Notes under the pieces: generated by a model | Database searches by the model: none | What the model was told of the DNA's origin: nothing | What the model saw: only the letters and a program-made list of their open reading frames with translations | DNA from: Candidatus Sungiibacteriota bacterium | GTDB taxonomy: Bacteria > Patescibacteriota > Minisyncoccia > Sungbacterales > HO2-52-23 | DNA length: 64,000 bases | NCBI GenBank assembly: GCA_016432465.1 | Contig: CP066690.1 | Location: forward strand, 250,702-314,701 | Reading direction: 5' to 3' | Shown: one piece after another, positions 36,328 to 44,518 of the stretch | Numbering within the stretch: position 1 is the first letter of the stretch | Layout: every line of letters starts with the position of its first letter | Position numbers and translations under genes: made by a program

Positions 36328-37707
36328 CTACTCTACCTCTTTCCAGTATTTTAAGTCGGCACCGCCTACGGAACCGGAAGAAAACTTGGTATTAACAAGG
36401 TTGCCGTTATATTCAACCGTGGCGCCGTTTTCAAGATGAACCTTGTACCCGACAAGGCTCGTGGCCGTCACGTTATTGTGAAGATAAATCATACCGGAAG
36501 AAGCATAAAATATGGCGCCGGTTGCGTTATTATGAAGATCAATCACAGAGTCGTGATGGCCTCCGCCGGAAGCGGTGGTAAGAAGCATAAGAAAACTGCC
36601 TGCCGTGCCCGATCCTTGAAAAAGTCCATTATTTTTAATATGCATCCAGCCGTCAGACATAAGCACGCCGGACTTATCTCCAAAAGAGGAATCAAGACGC
36701 ACGGTTGATCCATTATCAATAGTCACGTTGCATTTTACCCATACTATCCCTTTGAGAACCAGCACTTGGTTGTTGTCTAAAAGAAGATTGGTTTCTATTA
36801 CTCCGCCGTTCAGGGTATAGGGATTAGTTGGAGGACTCCAGTCCTGACTGCAGGAGCCTGAAGCAACCGTACCAATGACTTGTGCCTCCTGTTTCCACTG
36901 AGTAACCGTAGCGTCAGACACAGAAAGAGGAACCGGGGCGGGATTGGAAGGGGGTGGTGTATTTGGAAATTGCTGGCCAAGAATCAAGGTATCGGGATCA
37001 ATTATTTGGTAATAGCCGTCTCCGTTAATTAACGAGGCTTTTAATTCGTTGGCGTGCGCTCCCAACCCAATTACCGAAGCGTCTATCAGGGTGGTGGAAG
37101 AGGCATAACCATCTACTACGCTTGCCGTTATTAAGTTGGCCTGTGCGTTTCCATTTACAACCCCTTTATCAATTTTGGAAGTTCCTGCGGCCACGGCATT
37201 GCCGGTAATGGTGGAGTTCGTTGTTCCAATAATATGTCCGTTGGAATAAACACTTCCTTTAACAGTGGAGTTAGACATCATCTCCAATCCTCCTGCTCCA
37301 ACCTGCGCTCCATAAAGAAGTGGAACATCGGCAGACGAGGCAATTTCAATAAGGGCTTCCAGATTTTTCTGTGATCTGCCAAGTTTTCCTTCGGAGCGTA
37401 TAGTGCGCTGACTGCCCAGCGTAGTAACTGTCGTTGTGCTTGTGCCATTGCCTACGATAAGGGTTTCGCTTCCGCCAACTTGTTTTCCACTCACCAAACG
37501 ATAGATCACGTCCTCAAGGCCGCCCTCGGCAATGTACTTCGCCCCAAGAGAGCGGTTGAAAACACGACTGGTATTTACTTCCTGAAAAGAAAAAAAGGCA
37601 AACCCGCCTATTATGGTGAGTGAGACAATCACCGTGATCATGGTTACAGTGAGGGCCGCCCAACCGCGTTGTGATCTTAAAATAAACATAAAATCAATAA
37701 TTACCAC
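36328..37707 (-). CDS. large pilus-associated protein (PilX/minor-pilin-like) with beta-helical repeat region
   Basis: N-terminal hydrophobic helix after a basic stretch; G/N/A/V-rich repeats (GNAVAAGTSKIDKGVVNGNAQANL...). Confidence 0.45.
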   Translation of the reverse strand: MVIIDFMFILRSQRGWAALTVTMITVIVSLTIIGGFAFFSFQEVNTSRVFNRSLGAKYIAEGGLEDVIYRLVSGKQVGGSETLIVGNGTSTTTVTTLGSQRTIRSEGKLGRSQKNLEALIEIASSADVPLLYGAQVGAGGLEMMSNSTVKGSVYSNGHIIGTTNSTITGNAVAAGTSKIDKGVVNGNAQANLITASVVDGYASSTTLIDASVIGLGAHANELKASLINGDGYYQIIDPDTLILGQQFPNTPPPSNPAPVPLSVSDATVTQWKQEAQVIGTVASGSCSQDWSPPTNPYTLNGGVIETNLLLDNNQVLVLKGIVWVKCNVTIDNGSTVRLDSSFGDKSGVLMSDGWMHIKNNGLFQGSGTAGSFLMLLTTASGGGHHDSVIDLHNNATGAIFYASSGMIYLHNNVTATSLVGYKVHLENGATVEYNGNLVNTKFSSGSVGGADLKYWKEVE

Positions 37708-38422
37708 GAAGCGCCGTAGTTGAGGTTAAACTAATAGAGCTTGTAAATTTGGGGCGGGCATAACTTACTTCAACGGTCATACGGACTGCTTCCCGCCCCA
37801 ACCCCTGCGACAAACGTTCCAACCGGAATTTATTAATTTTTACGGAGGCGGCAGAAATGGGAATGGCGGACTGCCCCTCTTGACGCAGCCAAAGCCTGCC
37901 GTTATCAACATAATAATCAACGTAGGCCGCGGCGTGCCCAGCCTGAACCCCAACAACCGTTATCAAAGAAAGCTGGCCGGAATCAATGTTAAAACGGCTC
38001 GTGGGAGAATAAATCTCTCCTGATTGGGCCAGTGACTTGGTTATCGTTTCCAGTAGCAGGCGGCCGTTGGAAAGAACTTCCCGTTCGGCCCGCGCCCGAT
38101 AATAAGCGTTAACCGTATTTATGAAAGAATTCACCACAAAAACAAGAAGCAGGCCCAAAAGCGCCACATAGATTATTATCTCAATAAGGGTAAGCCCTTT
38201 ATCCCCCCACCTTCCCAGAATACCCGCAGCTTGGGAAGTCAGACTTCCCTTGCTGCGGGGATGAATGGGCGCCGTAGAAATCCTTCCCGCGGGGTCCAAT
38301 ACCCCGCTGGGAAGGTGGGGGGATTTATTTTGGCGGTTAATCCTGATCATAGATTTTAAATCCAAAGTCATATTGATCCAGAAGCTGTCCGGAATCACTG
38401 GGGTTAGAAAGCCGACCAACAT
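37694..38422 (-). CDS. type IV pseudopilin (prepilin-type N-terminus KG|LTLIEIIIYVALLGLL) with MITE-derived 5' extension
   Basis: class III signal motif G-LTLIE with E at +5; the roughly 55 codons upstream of the motif lie within MITE copy 2. Confidence 0.6.
   Translation of the reverse strand: MLVGFLTPVIPDSFWINMTLDLKSMIRINRQNKSPHLPSGVLDPAGRISTAPIHPRSKGSLTSQAAGILGRWGDKGLTLIEIIIYVALLGLLLVFVVNSFINTVNAYYRARAEREVLSNGRLLLETITKSLAQSGEIYSPTSRFNIDSGQLSLITVVGVQAGHAAAYVDYYVDNGRLWLRQEGQSAIPISAASVKINKFRLERLSQGLGREAVRMTVEVSYARPKFTSSISLTSTTALRGNY
38199..38326. mobile_element. MITE-like palindromic element, copy 2 (full length, about 128 bp)
   Basis: ATCCCCCCACCTTCCCAGAATACCCGCAGC...GCTGGGAAGGTGGGGGGAT. 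Confidence 0.7.
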
Positions 38423-39368
38423 ATCTACGAGCTACTCCGCCCGGATAGGGACTTGACGCTGTTTGCTTGTAACCCCAGTAAATCGTTCCTGTTGATCCGG
38501 AAAGCGCATCGGTTGAAGATGGAATGCTGCGCAGCCTTATAAAATAGGTGGTTGAGGGGTTAAGAGAAACCAGATCCGGAAAACGGAAAGGCACCCAAGA
38601 CAAGGTACTACTGGCAATCGTTGGTGAAGTTACGATATTGGAAGTTCCGAGCACCACACCAGTAGGACTTGGCCGCAGTTCCGCATAAATATCGGACGGG
38701 GACGCAGTTACCCTCCGTAAAAAAAGCTCAACTTTGGTTACCTGCAGAGATGAACTCAAGGTGGTAAAAGATTGCGCCGGATCTCCGTTGCCTGAATTAC
38801 CCGACGGAAAATTTGGCAGATCCCCATCCGTAGTCGCATCCTCAAAAGACATCACCTTGCTCTCCTGCGGCGGAGACAAAGATGCCTGAAAATTGGCAAT
38901 ATAGGTTACGAGTTCCACCGTAGATGTGGCCGATGCTTTTTTCCACTCCACGCGCGCAATTGCCTTACGCGTGGACGCGTCAGAAGTTCCGGACGAAGAT
39001 ATACGATCTTGCGCATCACGAAATACTTCTGACAATACTACATACCGATAGTACCTATTGTTAATAAGGGCAGCGGGCGGAGTGGAGCTAAACGTCCACT
39101 TGCCGTTGGTAATTGAGGGATAATAAGACGTGGAGTTGGCCAGTACGGCGATGTTGGAACTCCACGACTCATCACGCACGGAACGAACCGCTTCCAGCGC
39201 CTCTTCGGCAAGCAATGTTGCTTCCAGATTTTCTTTTTCATTGCGCAATAAACGCACGGCCATAATCCCGACCTGTGCAAATCCAAAAAGCGCTACCGTG
39301 ATTACCGCGGTTACAACTATAATCTCAATCACGCCAAATCCTTGTTTTAAACGGCGAACATATTTCAT
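38337..39368 (-). CDS. type IV pseudopilin (MKYVRRLKQGFGVIEIIVV)
   Basis: prepilin motif G-FGVIE followed by a hydrophobic helix; start taken at MKYV. Confidence 0.6.
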   Translation of the reverse strand: MKYVRRLKQGFGVIEIIVVTAVITVALFGFAQVGIMAVRLLRNEKENLEATLLAEEALEAVRSVRDESWSSNIAVLANSTSYYPSITNGKWTFSSTPPAALINNRYYRYVVLSEVFRDAQDRISSSGTSDASTRKAIARVEWKKASATSTVELVTYIANFQASLSPPQESKVMSFEDATTDGDLPNFPSGNSGNGDPAQSFTTLSSSLQVTKVELFLRRVTASPSDIYAELRPSPTGVVLGTSNIVTSPTIASSTLSWVPFRFPDLVSLNPSTTYFIRLRSIPSSTDALSGSTGTIYWGYKQTASSPYPGGVARRYVGRLSNPSDSGQLLDQYDFGFKIYDQD

Positions 39369-40210
39369 GGTTCGCTCATCACGCCTCCAAAAGCGCCGAC
39401 CGTGACTGTTTGACAATCCGCCCCATAGGTCGCGATCTCGCGCGTGTCAATTGATAACTTTAGTTTTTTATTGTTTTTGCGGCAGTCCCTATCAATATGA
39501 AGAGTCGTATTGGTGTCGCTAATTGAAACTGCATGTATACGTAGCGTCTGATTTTGTCCGCCAACCACAATCGTACCTGTCCAATCAAAAATAGTGCGGG
39601 GCGGTGCGGGAGTCATAGTTATGGTAGAAACCGTATCTGGATTGGGCGGATCAAAAAACACAAGAGTCGCCGCCACTGAATTCTTAATGCTCCACCCGAG
39701 CCCAAAAGAACGATGCCGCGCATCCGCAATACGACTTCCCAGCGCCGCCGGAACACTGCCTGTCTGGTAGGTCTTGCCCGACCCCTCAACAGTAACTGAA
39801 AAAGTATTGGCAGAAACAGATGCTGTACGCAAGTCAAAACCGCCGCTCTGGTCGGTAGCTCCGCTTATTTTTTTAAAAACAATTTCCTGTCCGCCTCCGG
39901 CAAGGACAATGTTGGCAACTTCAATGCCAGAAGGCAGAGCGTGAACTTCGGTCAAGGTTGATCCGGAAAAAGATGCCCCGCGAAAAAGAGTAAATTGATT
40001 TTGTTCTAGTTTAACTCCCCATGGCGAATTATCCTCGCCGCCCAAGGCCCTTGCTTGAGCAAAACGAAGTATGGATAAAACATTTCCTCCGGCAGTGGTA
40101 AGGTCGCGCACTCGGCGCGAGTTTGTAAAAGACACCAAACTCACCGCGCCTAAAAGAGCGAGGATGGCAACGGATACAACAACTTCCAATAAGGTAATGC
40201 CGCGGCGCAT
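39365..40210 (-). CDS. type IV pseudopilin (MRRGITLLEVVVSVAILALL)
   Basis: canonical prepilin N-terminus G-ITLLE. Confidence 0.7.
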   Translation of the reverse strand: MRRGITLLEVVVSVAILALLGAVSLVSFTNSRRVRDLTTAGGNVLSILRFAQARALGGEDNSPWGVKLEQNQFTLFRGASFSGSTLTEVHALPSGIEVANIVLAGGGQEIVFKKISGATDQSGGFDLRTASVSANTFSVTVEGSGKTYQTGSVPAALGSRIADARHRSFGLGWSIKNSVAATLVFFDPPNPDTVSTITMTPAPPRTIFDWTGTIVVGGQNQTLRIHAVSISDTNTTLHIDRDCRKNNKKLKLSIDTREIATYGADCQTVTVGAFGGVMSEP

Positions 40211-40511
40211 GACTAAATATTACCAAGTGAAGAATAAATCGGCTGCAGCATGGAAATTGCGAAAAAGCCAACTGCTCGTAGCTCGCTCGCCGCAGGCGGC
40301 TCGCTCGTACTCTTCAGAAACCCACGGTTTCCGACGCTCCGCTTCAACAAGCTCAGCGTCGCTGCTTTCCTACTCGGGGAAAACCTTCCGCTTTTCCCCG
40401 ACCCCTTTTTGTGCAGTTGGCTTTTGATCGTCTCTCGCAACATGTTTTAATTAAATATTACCAAGTGAAGAATAAATCGGCTGCAGCATGGAAATTGCGA
40501 AAAAGCCAACT
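40206..40511. repeat. 62-bp direct duplication of the pilC 3' end flanking a 182-bp GC-rich insert
   Basis: AAATATTACCAAGTGAAGAATAAATCGGCTGCAGCATGGAAATTGCGAAAAAGCCAACTGC occurs at 40206-40267 and 40450-40511; the insert contains GCCGCAGGCGGCTCGC. Confidence 0.65.
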
Positions 40512-41686
40512 GCCGCCCCAATGACAATCATAAGAATCGGTTCAATAATTGTAGAGAGATTTTTGGTGGTATTGGTTACGTCCTCCTCAAAAAAAAGGGC
40601 AAGACGCAGCAGCATCTCGGAGACTTTTCCCGTTTCCTCCCCCACTTGTATCATCTGCAGTACAACTGGCTGAAAAATAAGCGGGTGAGCAGCCAGTATC
40701 TTGTTTAGTTGTTTCCCTTTTTGAATTTCCGAAGATGCCTCTCGCACCGCATCTTTATAAATAGTGTTCCCCAAGACCGAAGACGTAATCTCAAGCGACC
40801 TGACGACGGGAACTCCGGAGGTAAGTAAGTAGGCCAGCGTCCGGCAGAAACGCGCAATGTTGAATTTTTTAATAAGCGCTCCGAAAATGGGAAGCTTTAG
40901 ACTTATACGATCAAAGATTTCCTTACCTTTTTGGGTTTTCAATATACGTATAAAAATAAAGACCAGCGCCGCCAAGGCGATTAAAAACCAAATAGCATAG
41001 TTGAGAATCAGGTCGCTAACAGTAACAATGATTTTGGTGGTAAAAGGAAGTTCCACCCCCAACTCTTTGATGGTTGAAGTCAGCGTCGGCACCACATAAA
41101 TCATCATAAGAGTTCCCACGCCGAGCAGAACCATAATAATTATGGCCGGATAAAACATTGCGCCCTTCACCCGTTTTTTAAGGTTGTAATCTTTTTTCAT
41201 CTGGTTGGCAATGAGTTTCAGGACTAATGTAAGTTTTCCTGTTGTTTCGCCCACTTCAACCATGTTTATAAAAAGCGGGCCAAAAACTTTCTCATGCAGA
41301 CGAAGAGAGTCGGCAAAAGATTTGCCTTTTATAACTGAATTGTTTACCTCGGTTAGTATTTTTTTAAACTTGGGGTTGGCTGACTCTTGGGCCAAAGCGT
41401 CTAGAGCGCGTGTCAAAGAAAGTCCGGCCGCGACCATAACCGCAAGATTCCGGGCAAAAAACATTTTGTCCACCACCCCCACGGGCCTAAGACGAGAGAG
41501 AAGATCTGAAATATTAATACTAATATTCCACGAAGCCAGCCCAGTTTTTCCTTTTTCTTTGGCTTCCAGCAGAAAAAGCCCTTCGGTTTTGAGGGTCTGC
41601 GCAAGGACTTTTTGGTTTTCCGCCTCGCGTTCCCCTTTTACTATTTTCCCATCTTTTGCCGCGGCGGAATATACATAAATAGGCAT
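40451..41686 (-). CDS. pilC: type IV pilus assembly platform protein PilC (GspF family)
   Basis: 411 aa, two GspF-like repeats with 3 TM segments; N-terminal MPIYVYSAAAKDGKIVKGE typical. Confidence 0.85.
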   Translation of the reverse strand: MPIYVYSAAAKDGKIVKGEREAENQKVLAQTLKTEGLFLLEAKEKGKTGLASWNISINISDLLSRLRPVGVVDKMFFARNLAVMVAAGLSLTRALDALAQESANPKFKKILTEVNNSVIKGKSFADSLRLHEKVFGPLFINMVEVGETTGKLTLVLKLIANQMKKDYNLKKRVKGAMFYPAIIIMVLLGVGTLMMIYVVPTLTSTIKELGVELPFTTKIIVTVSDLILNYAIWFLIALAALVFIFIRILKTQKGKEIFDRISLKLPIFGALIKKFNIARFCRTLAYLLTSGVPVVRSLEITSSVLGNTIYKDAVREASSEIQKGKQLNKILAAHPLIFQPVVLQMIQVGEETGKVSEMLLRLALFFEEDVTNTTKNLSTIIEPILMIVIGAAVGFFAISMLQPIYSSLGNI

Positions 41687-41748
41687 GAAGTAATTATATC
41701 ACTTTTCCTTGAGTTTGGCCGAAAAAGATGTTAACATAAGGCGACATG

Positions 41749-41835
41749 GGTGGGGTCGCATAGTGGTCTAGTGCGGCACGGTGCTAACGTGCTGACCCTT
41801 CACGGGGTCCGTGGGTTCGAATCCCACCCCCACCG
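41749..41835 (+). tRNA. tRNA-Ser (anticodon GCT), type II
   Basis: acceptor GGTGGGG/CCCCACC, anticodon stem GCACG/CGTGC with loop GTGCTAA, variable arm TGACCCTTCACGGGGTC, T-arm GTGGG-TTCGAAT-CCCAC. Confidence 0.8.
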
Positions 41836-41849
41836 ATTTTGTGGAAATT

Positions 41850-41896
41850 TTGAGGTGGTTCTTTAGAATTATCTCAAAATTTCCACTGATTAGATG
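41850..41896 (+). terminator. terminator-like perfect hairpin (14-bp stem GTGGAAATTTTGAG..CTCAAAATTTCCAC)
   Basis: read directly downstream of tRNA-Ser. Confidence 0.5.
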
Positions 41897-41904
41897 ATGG
41901 TGGG

Positions 41905-42115
41905 ATTCGAAGGGGCGAAAGCTAAAGGCTTTCGCGGGAAATTTAGCGAGCCAGTGAAACTGTGCGAGCGTTAAAAATTTCCCGGGGTTTGCCGAGGAGG
42001 CAAACTGAAAAACGTGAATGTCTTCACGTTTTGAAAACCCGGGCTCCGAAGGAGCGTGTAGCCGTGCGAAGCACGTGCGCAACGCGGGTGAGGAGGAATC
42101 CCACCCCCACCGCCA
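41905..42115 (+). ncRNA. conserved structured element, copy B; its 3' end duplicates the last 16 nt of tRNA-Ser(GCT)
   Basis: 5' GGTGGGATTCGAAGGGG; GGGAAATTT...AAATTTCCC hairpin; GTTTGCC-GAGGAG-GGCAAAC hairpin; CGTGAATGTCTTCACG hairpin; 3' GGAATCCCACCCCCACCGCCA. Confidence 0.45.
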
Positions 42116-42243
42116 GTTGTTTTATCCATATTTTATGAGGATACTTTAAGCCCGACAGGTGAGACATTCGAACCTATCGCTATTGACACACTAAATCAAA
42201 AATGCTATCTTGTGGGATAGAACCAGCGTAGGGAGGTAAGATA

Positions 42244-42438
42244 ATGTGGATGACCGACTACATCAGAGAAATCAAGCGTCAGTTCGTTGAAGTTTATGGG
42301 TTTAAGCCCCTGCCAAACAGCACAAAACACGAATACAATGTTGAAGTTCCAGATGGCGAATATCCGATGACCATCGATGGCAAGCTCGACAAAGTGCGCA
42401 TCGAGAATGGTGGAATCTCTTGTTGTAACTTTGAGTAA
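42244..42438 (+). CDS. small hypothetical protein
   Basis: GGGAGGTAAGATA ribosome-binding site directly before the ATG; 64 aa. Confidence 0.45.
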   Translation: MWMTDYIREIKRQFVEVYGFKPLPNSTKHEYNVEVPDGEYPMTIDGKLDKVRIENGGISCCNFE

Positions 42439-42628
42439 GCGGGGATACGTAGCGGTGCGATAACATCAAACCGCTTTTTCATTTGATAATAGCGGCCTTA
42501 AGTGATAACTTTGGAATAAAGAAACATTCAGTAGTGGTCTGCCATGCGAACATCGTCCACTACCCTCCGCAGGATTGAGCGCCCGTTCGAGAGACTGGGC
42601 GGCCTAAAATTTTTAGTATAATAAGTTT

Positions 42629-43009
42629 ATGTTCAAAGGTTTTATTTTATCCGAATCACTCAAAAACCCTGAAGTTCTCAATCGGCTTGACCACATCTAT
42701 GTGAAAGTTGAGCATCATCCAGAATTTCTAGAAGAACCGAAAATTTGGCATGATTTTAAGGTACGGGTAGCCGATAAAGATATTAAGAAAGTCTCTAATT
42801 TGCTTGCAAAACAGATGAAGCAGACTTGGTATGCTCACTTTTGGGATAAAAAGTCGGTTTATGTAATACTACCCAAAAAGGTTTTTAAAATTCCACTTGA
42901 GAAGAAATGGACATCGAAAGAATATCTCAGACTTAAAAGATATGCAGTGCGAAACGGTGTTGAAGAACAATATCTTAATTTCTGGATTCAGAAAGAGGAT
43001 AAAATTTAA
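42629..43009 (+). CDS. hypothetical protein
   Basis: 126-aa ORF, basic/aromatic-rich; no motif recognised. Confidence 0.4.
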   Translation: MFKGFILSESLKNPEVLNRLDHIYVKVEHHPEFLEEPKIWHDFKVRVADKDIKKVSNLLAKQMKQTWYAHFWDKKSVYVILPKKVFKIPLEKKWTSKEYLRLKRYAVRNGVEEQYLNFWIQKEDKI

Positions 43010-43094
43010 GCGACCGATTCCCCTCAAATCGCCAGTTTTCAAAAACATTGCAATTGCTTGCTGGGACTTGGTTCTAGACCGACTCACACCGCCA

Positions 43095-43454
43095 ATGAAA
43101 CCAACTATTAATTATTCCTGGAAACAGTTTGACAGCGACGTGAAGAAAATCGCTAAATTATTGCGGGCAAGAAAAAAAGTATTTAATGGTGTGTGGGGGC
43201 CGATACGCGGGGGCTTACCTCTTGCTGTATGTCTTTCTCACGCTTTAGGCATACCTTTTCTCCAAAAACCCAACGGAAAGAAAACCCTGATTGTGGATGA
43301 TATTGCCGACACCGGAAAAACTCTTAAAAAATTTGCCGACAAAAATTATTTTATCGTAACGCTTTTTTACCGTCGGGGATCTGTGTTTAAACCAAATATC
43401 TGGCTCCGGGAGAAAAAAGATAAATGGGTAAAGTTCCCTTGGGAGAAAAAATAA
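43095..43454 (+). CDS. small type-I phosphoribosyltransferase-domain protein
   Basis: PRPP-binding motif KKTLIVDDIADTGKTL; start taken at MKPTINY, ATG at 43095. Confidence 0.6.
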   Translation: MKPTINYSWKQFDSDVKKIAKLLRARKKVFNGVWGPIRGGLPLAVCLSHALGIPFLQKPNGKKTLIVDDIADTGKTLKKFADKNYFIVTLFYRRGSVFKPNIWLREKKDKWVKFPWEKK

Positions 43455-43590
43455 GGTGGGTTCGCCTAATGGGTTGAAGCCAACTGCTTGGCTTCAACGG
43501 GCGATTTAGGCGAGCGTCCTCGCGAGCCGTTAAAAATCGCCCCGGGTTTCGCCGAGGAGGCGAAACGACACCAGTCTTCCCCGCACTACA
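43455..43590 (+). ncRNA. conserved structured element, copy C
   Basis: GGGCGATTT...AAATCGCCC hairpin (compensatory changes relative to GGGAAATTT/AAATTTCCC in copies A and B) and GTTTCGCC-GAGGAG-GGCGAAAC hairpin. Confidence 0.45.
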
Positions 43591-43596
43591 ATTTTG

Positions 43597-43671
43597 GAAG
43601 CGTGGCCGAGCGGTTTATGGCGCTGGTCTTGCCCGCCAGAGGCGGGTCCGCCTTTGGCGGAAAAACTACTT
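43597..43671 (+). pseudogene. tRNA-Ser-like 5' half fused to the 40-nt double-hairpin repeat (copy 1)
   Basis: GGAAGCGTGGCCGAGCGGTTTATGGCGCTGGTCTTGCCCGCCAGAGGCGGGTCCGCCTTTGGCGGAAAAACT has no T-arm or 3' acceptor. Confidence 0.5.
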
Positions 43672-43929
43672 ATGGCTATAACATACATTTTATTTAGTTC
43701 CAGTTGCGGTAAATTTTATGTTGGTTCTTCACGAAATGATAATATACGGGTTCGCCTTTCTGCCCACAATGCCGGACGAGTAAAATCTACTAAATCCTAT
43801 AGACCGTGGACTATTGTTACAACAGAAAAACTTCAGAGCTATTCTGATGCCAGAAAAAGAGAACTGTTTCTCAAGTCAGGTGTTGGGCGAAAATTGATAG
43901 CAGAGAAATTTGGATTTTTGAAAAGTTAA
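43672..43929 (+). CDS. GIY-YIG nuclease-domain protein (UPF0213/YhbQ-like), copy 1
   Basis: YILFSS..GKFYVGSSRN...RLSAHNAG....T....PW.IV..E......A..RE..LKS..GR pattern; real start at MAITYIL. Confidence 0.65.
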   Translation: MAITYILFSSSCGKFYVGSSRNDNIRVRLSAHNAGRVKSTKSYRPWTIVTTEKLQSYSDARKRELFLKSGVGRKLIAEKFGFLKS

Positions 43930-43950
43930 TATGTGTGGCGGGCTTGGTAG

Positions 43951-44023
43951 GGTGGCCGAGTGGTTTAAGGCGGCGGTCTTGCCCGCCAGAGGCGGGTCCG
44001 CCTTTGGCGGAAAAACTCAATAG
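43951..44023 (+). pseudogene. tRNA-Ser-like 5' half fused to the 40-nt double-hairpin repeat (copy 2)
   Basis: GGTAGGGTGGCCGAGTGGTTTAAGGCGGCGGTCTTGCCCGCCAGAGGCGGGTCCGCCTTTGGCGGAAAAACT. Confidence 0.5.
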
Positions 44024-44024
44024 T

Positions 44025-44315
44025 ATGCCCTGTATTTATATCTTATATAGCAGAAGTAAAAATAGGTTTTATGTCGGATCAACTAGAGACGATAGGCCTT
44101 TTGTGCGTTTAGACTCACACAACCATGGAAAGGTTCGCTCTACAAAAGCCGGACGGCCGTGGGCACTGACATACCAAGAGTACTACTCCAATTACCATCA
44201 AGCGAGGAAAAGAGAAATCTTCTTAAAATCCGGTGTTGGTAGGACTTGGATTAAAGAAAAATTTCCAAATCTAAAGAACGACGGCGCCGGAGCGGAGACG
44301 TGGGTGAGTGGCTGA
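44025..44315 (+). CDS. GIY-YIG nuclease-domain protein (UPF0213/YhbQ-like), copy 2
   Basis: MPCIYILYSRSKNRFYVGSTRDD...RLDSHNHGKVRSTKAGRPWALTYQEYY..YHQARKREIFLKSGVGR; its 3' end overlaps tRNA-Ser(TGA). Confidence 0.6.
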   Translation: MPCIYILYSRSKNRFYVGSTRDDRPFVRLDSHNHGKVRSTKAGRPWALTYQEYYSNYHQARKREIFLKSGVGRTWIKEKFPNLKNDGAGAETWVSG

Positions 44316-44380
44316 AACCGGCAGTCTTGAAAACTGCTATACCTGTAAGGGTATCGGAGGTTCGAATCCTCCCGTCTCCG
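44294..44380 (+). tRNA. tRNA-Ser (anticodon TGA), type II
   Basis: acceptor GGAGACG/CGTCTCC, anticodon stem GCAGT/ACTGC with loop CTTGAAA, variable arm ATACCTGTAAGGGTATC, T-arm GGAGG-TTCGAAT-CCTCC; flanked by complementary GCCGGAGC / GCTCCGGC. Confidence 0.8.
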
Positions 44381-44390
44381 CTCCGGCTCT

Positions 44391-44470
44391 GTCTTGCCCG
44401 CCAGAGGCGGGTCCGCCTTTGGCGGAAAAACTGGCGGGAGAAATCCCTTGCAGGTTCGACTCCTGCACCC
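44391..44470 (+). repeat. 40-nt double-hairpin repeat (copy 3) followed by a tRNA T-arm/acceptor 3' fragment
   Basis: TCTTGCCCGCCAGAGGCGGGTCCGCCTTTGGCGGAAAAACT then CTTGCAGGTTCGACTCCTGCACCCACCG. Confidence 0.5.
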
Positions 44471-44518
44471 ACCGTCGGTTAGGAAAAGGTCGATTTTTCA
44501 TAAATTTCATTTTATATT

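Noticed and set aside
41905-42115. tmRNA (ssrA). The 5' end GGTGGGATTCGAAGGGG resembles the tmRNA GGNUUCGACGGG motif, and the 3' end repeats a tRNA acceptor/T-arm.
   Set aside because: Four homologous copies lie in 64 kb. No reading frame ends in a hydrophobic ...AA tag; the candidate frames end ...CER* or ...ASR*. No canonical T-arm and pseudoknot series could be drawn, so I report it as an unclassified structured element family.
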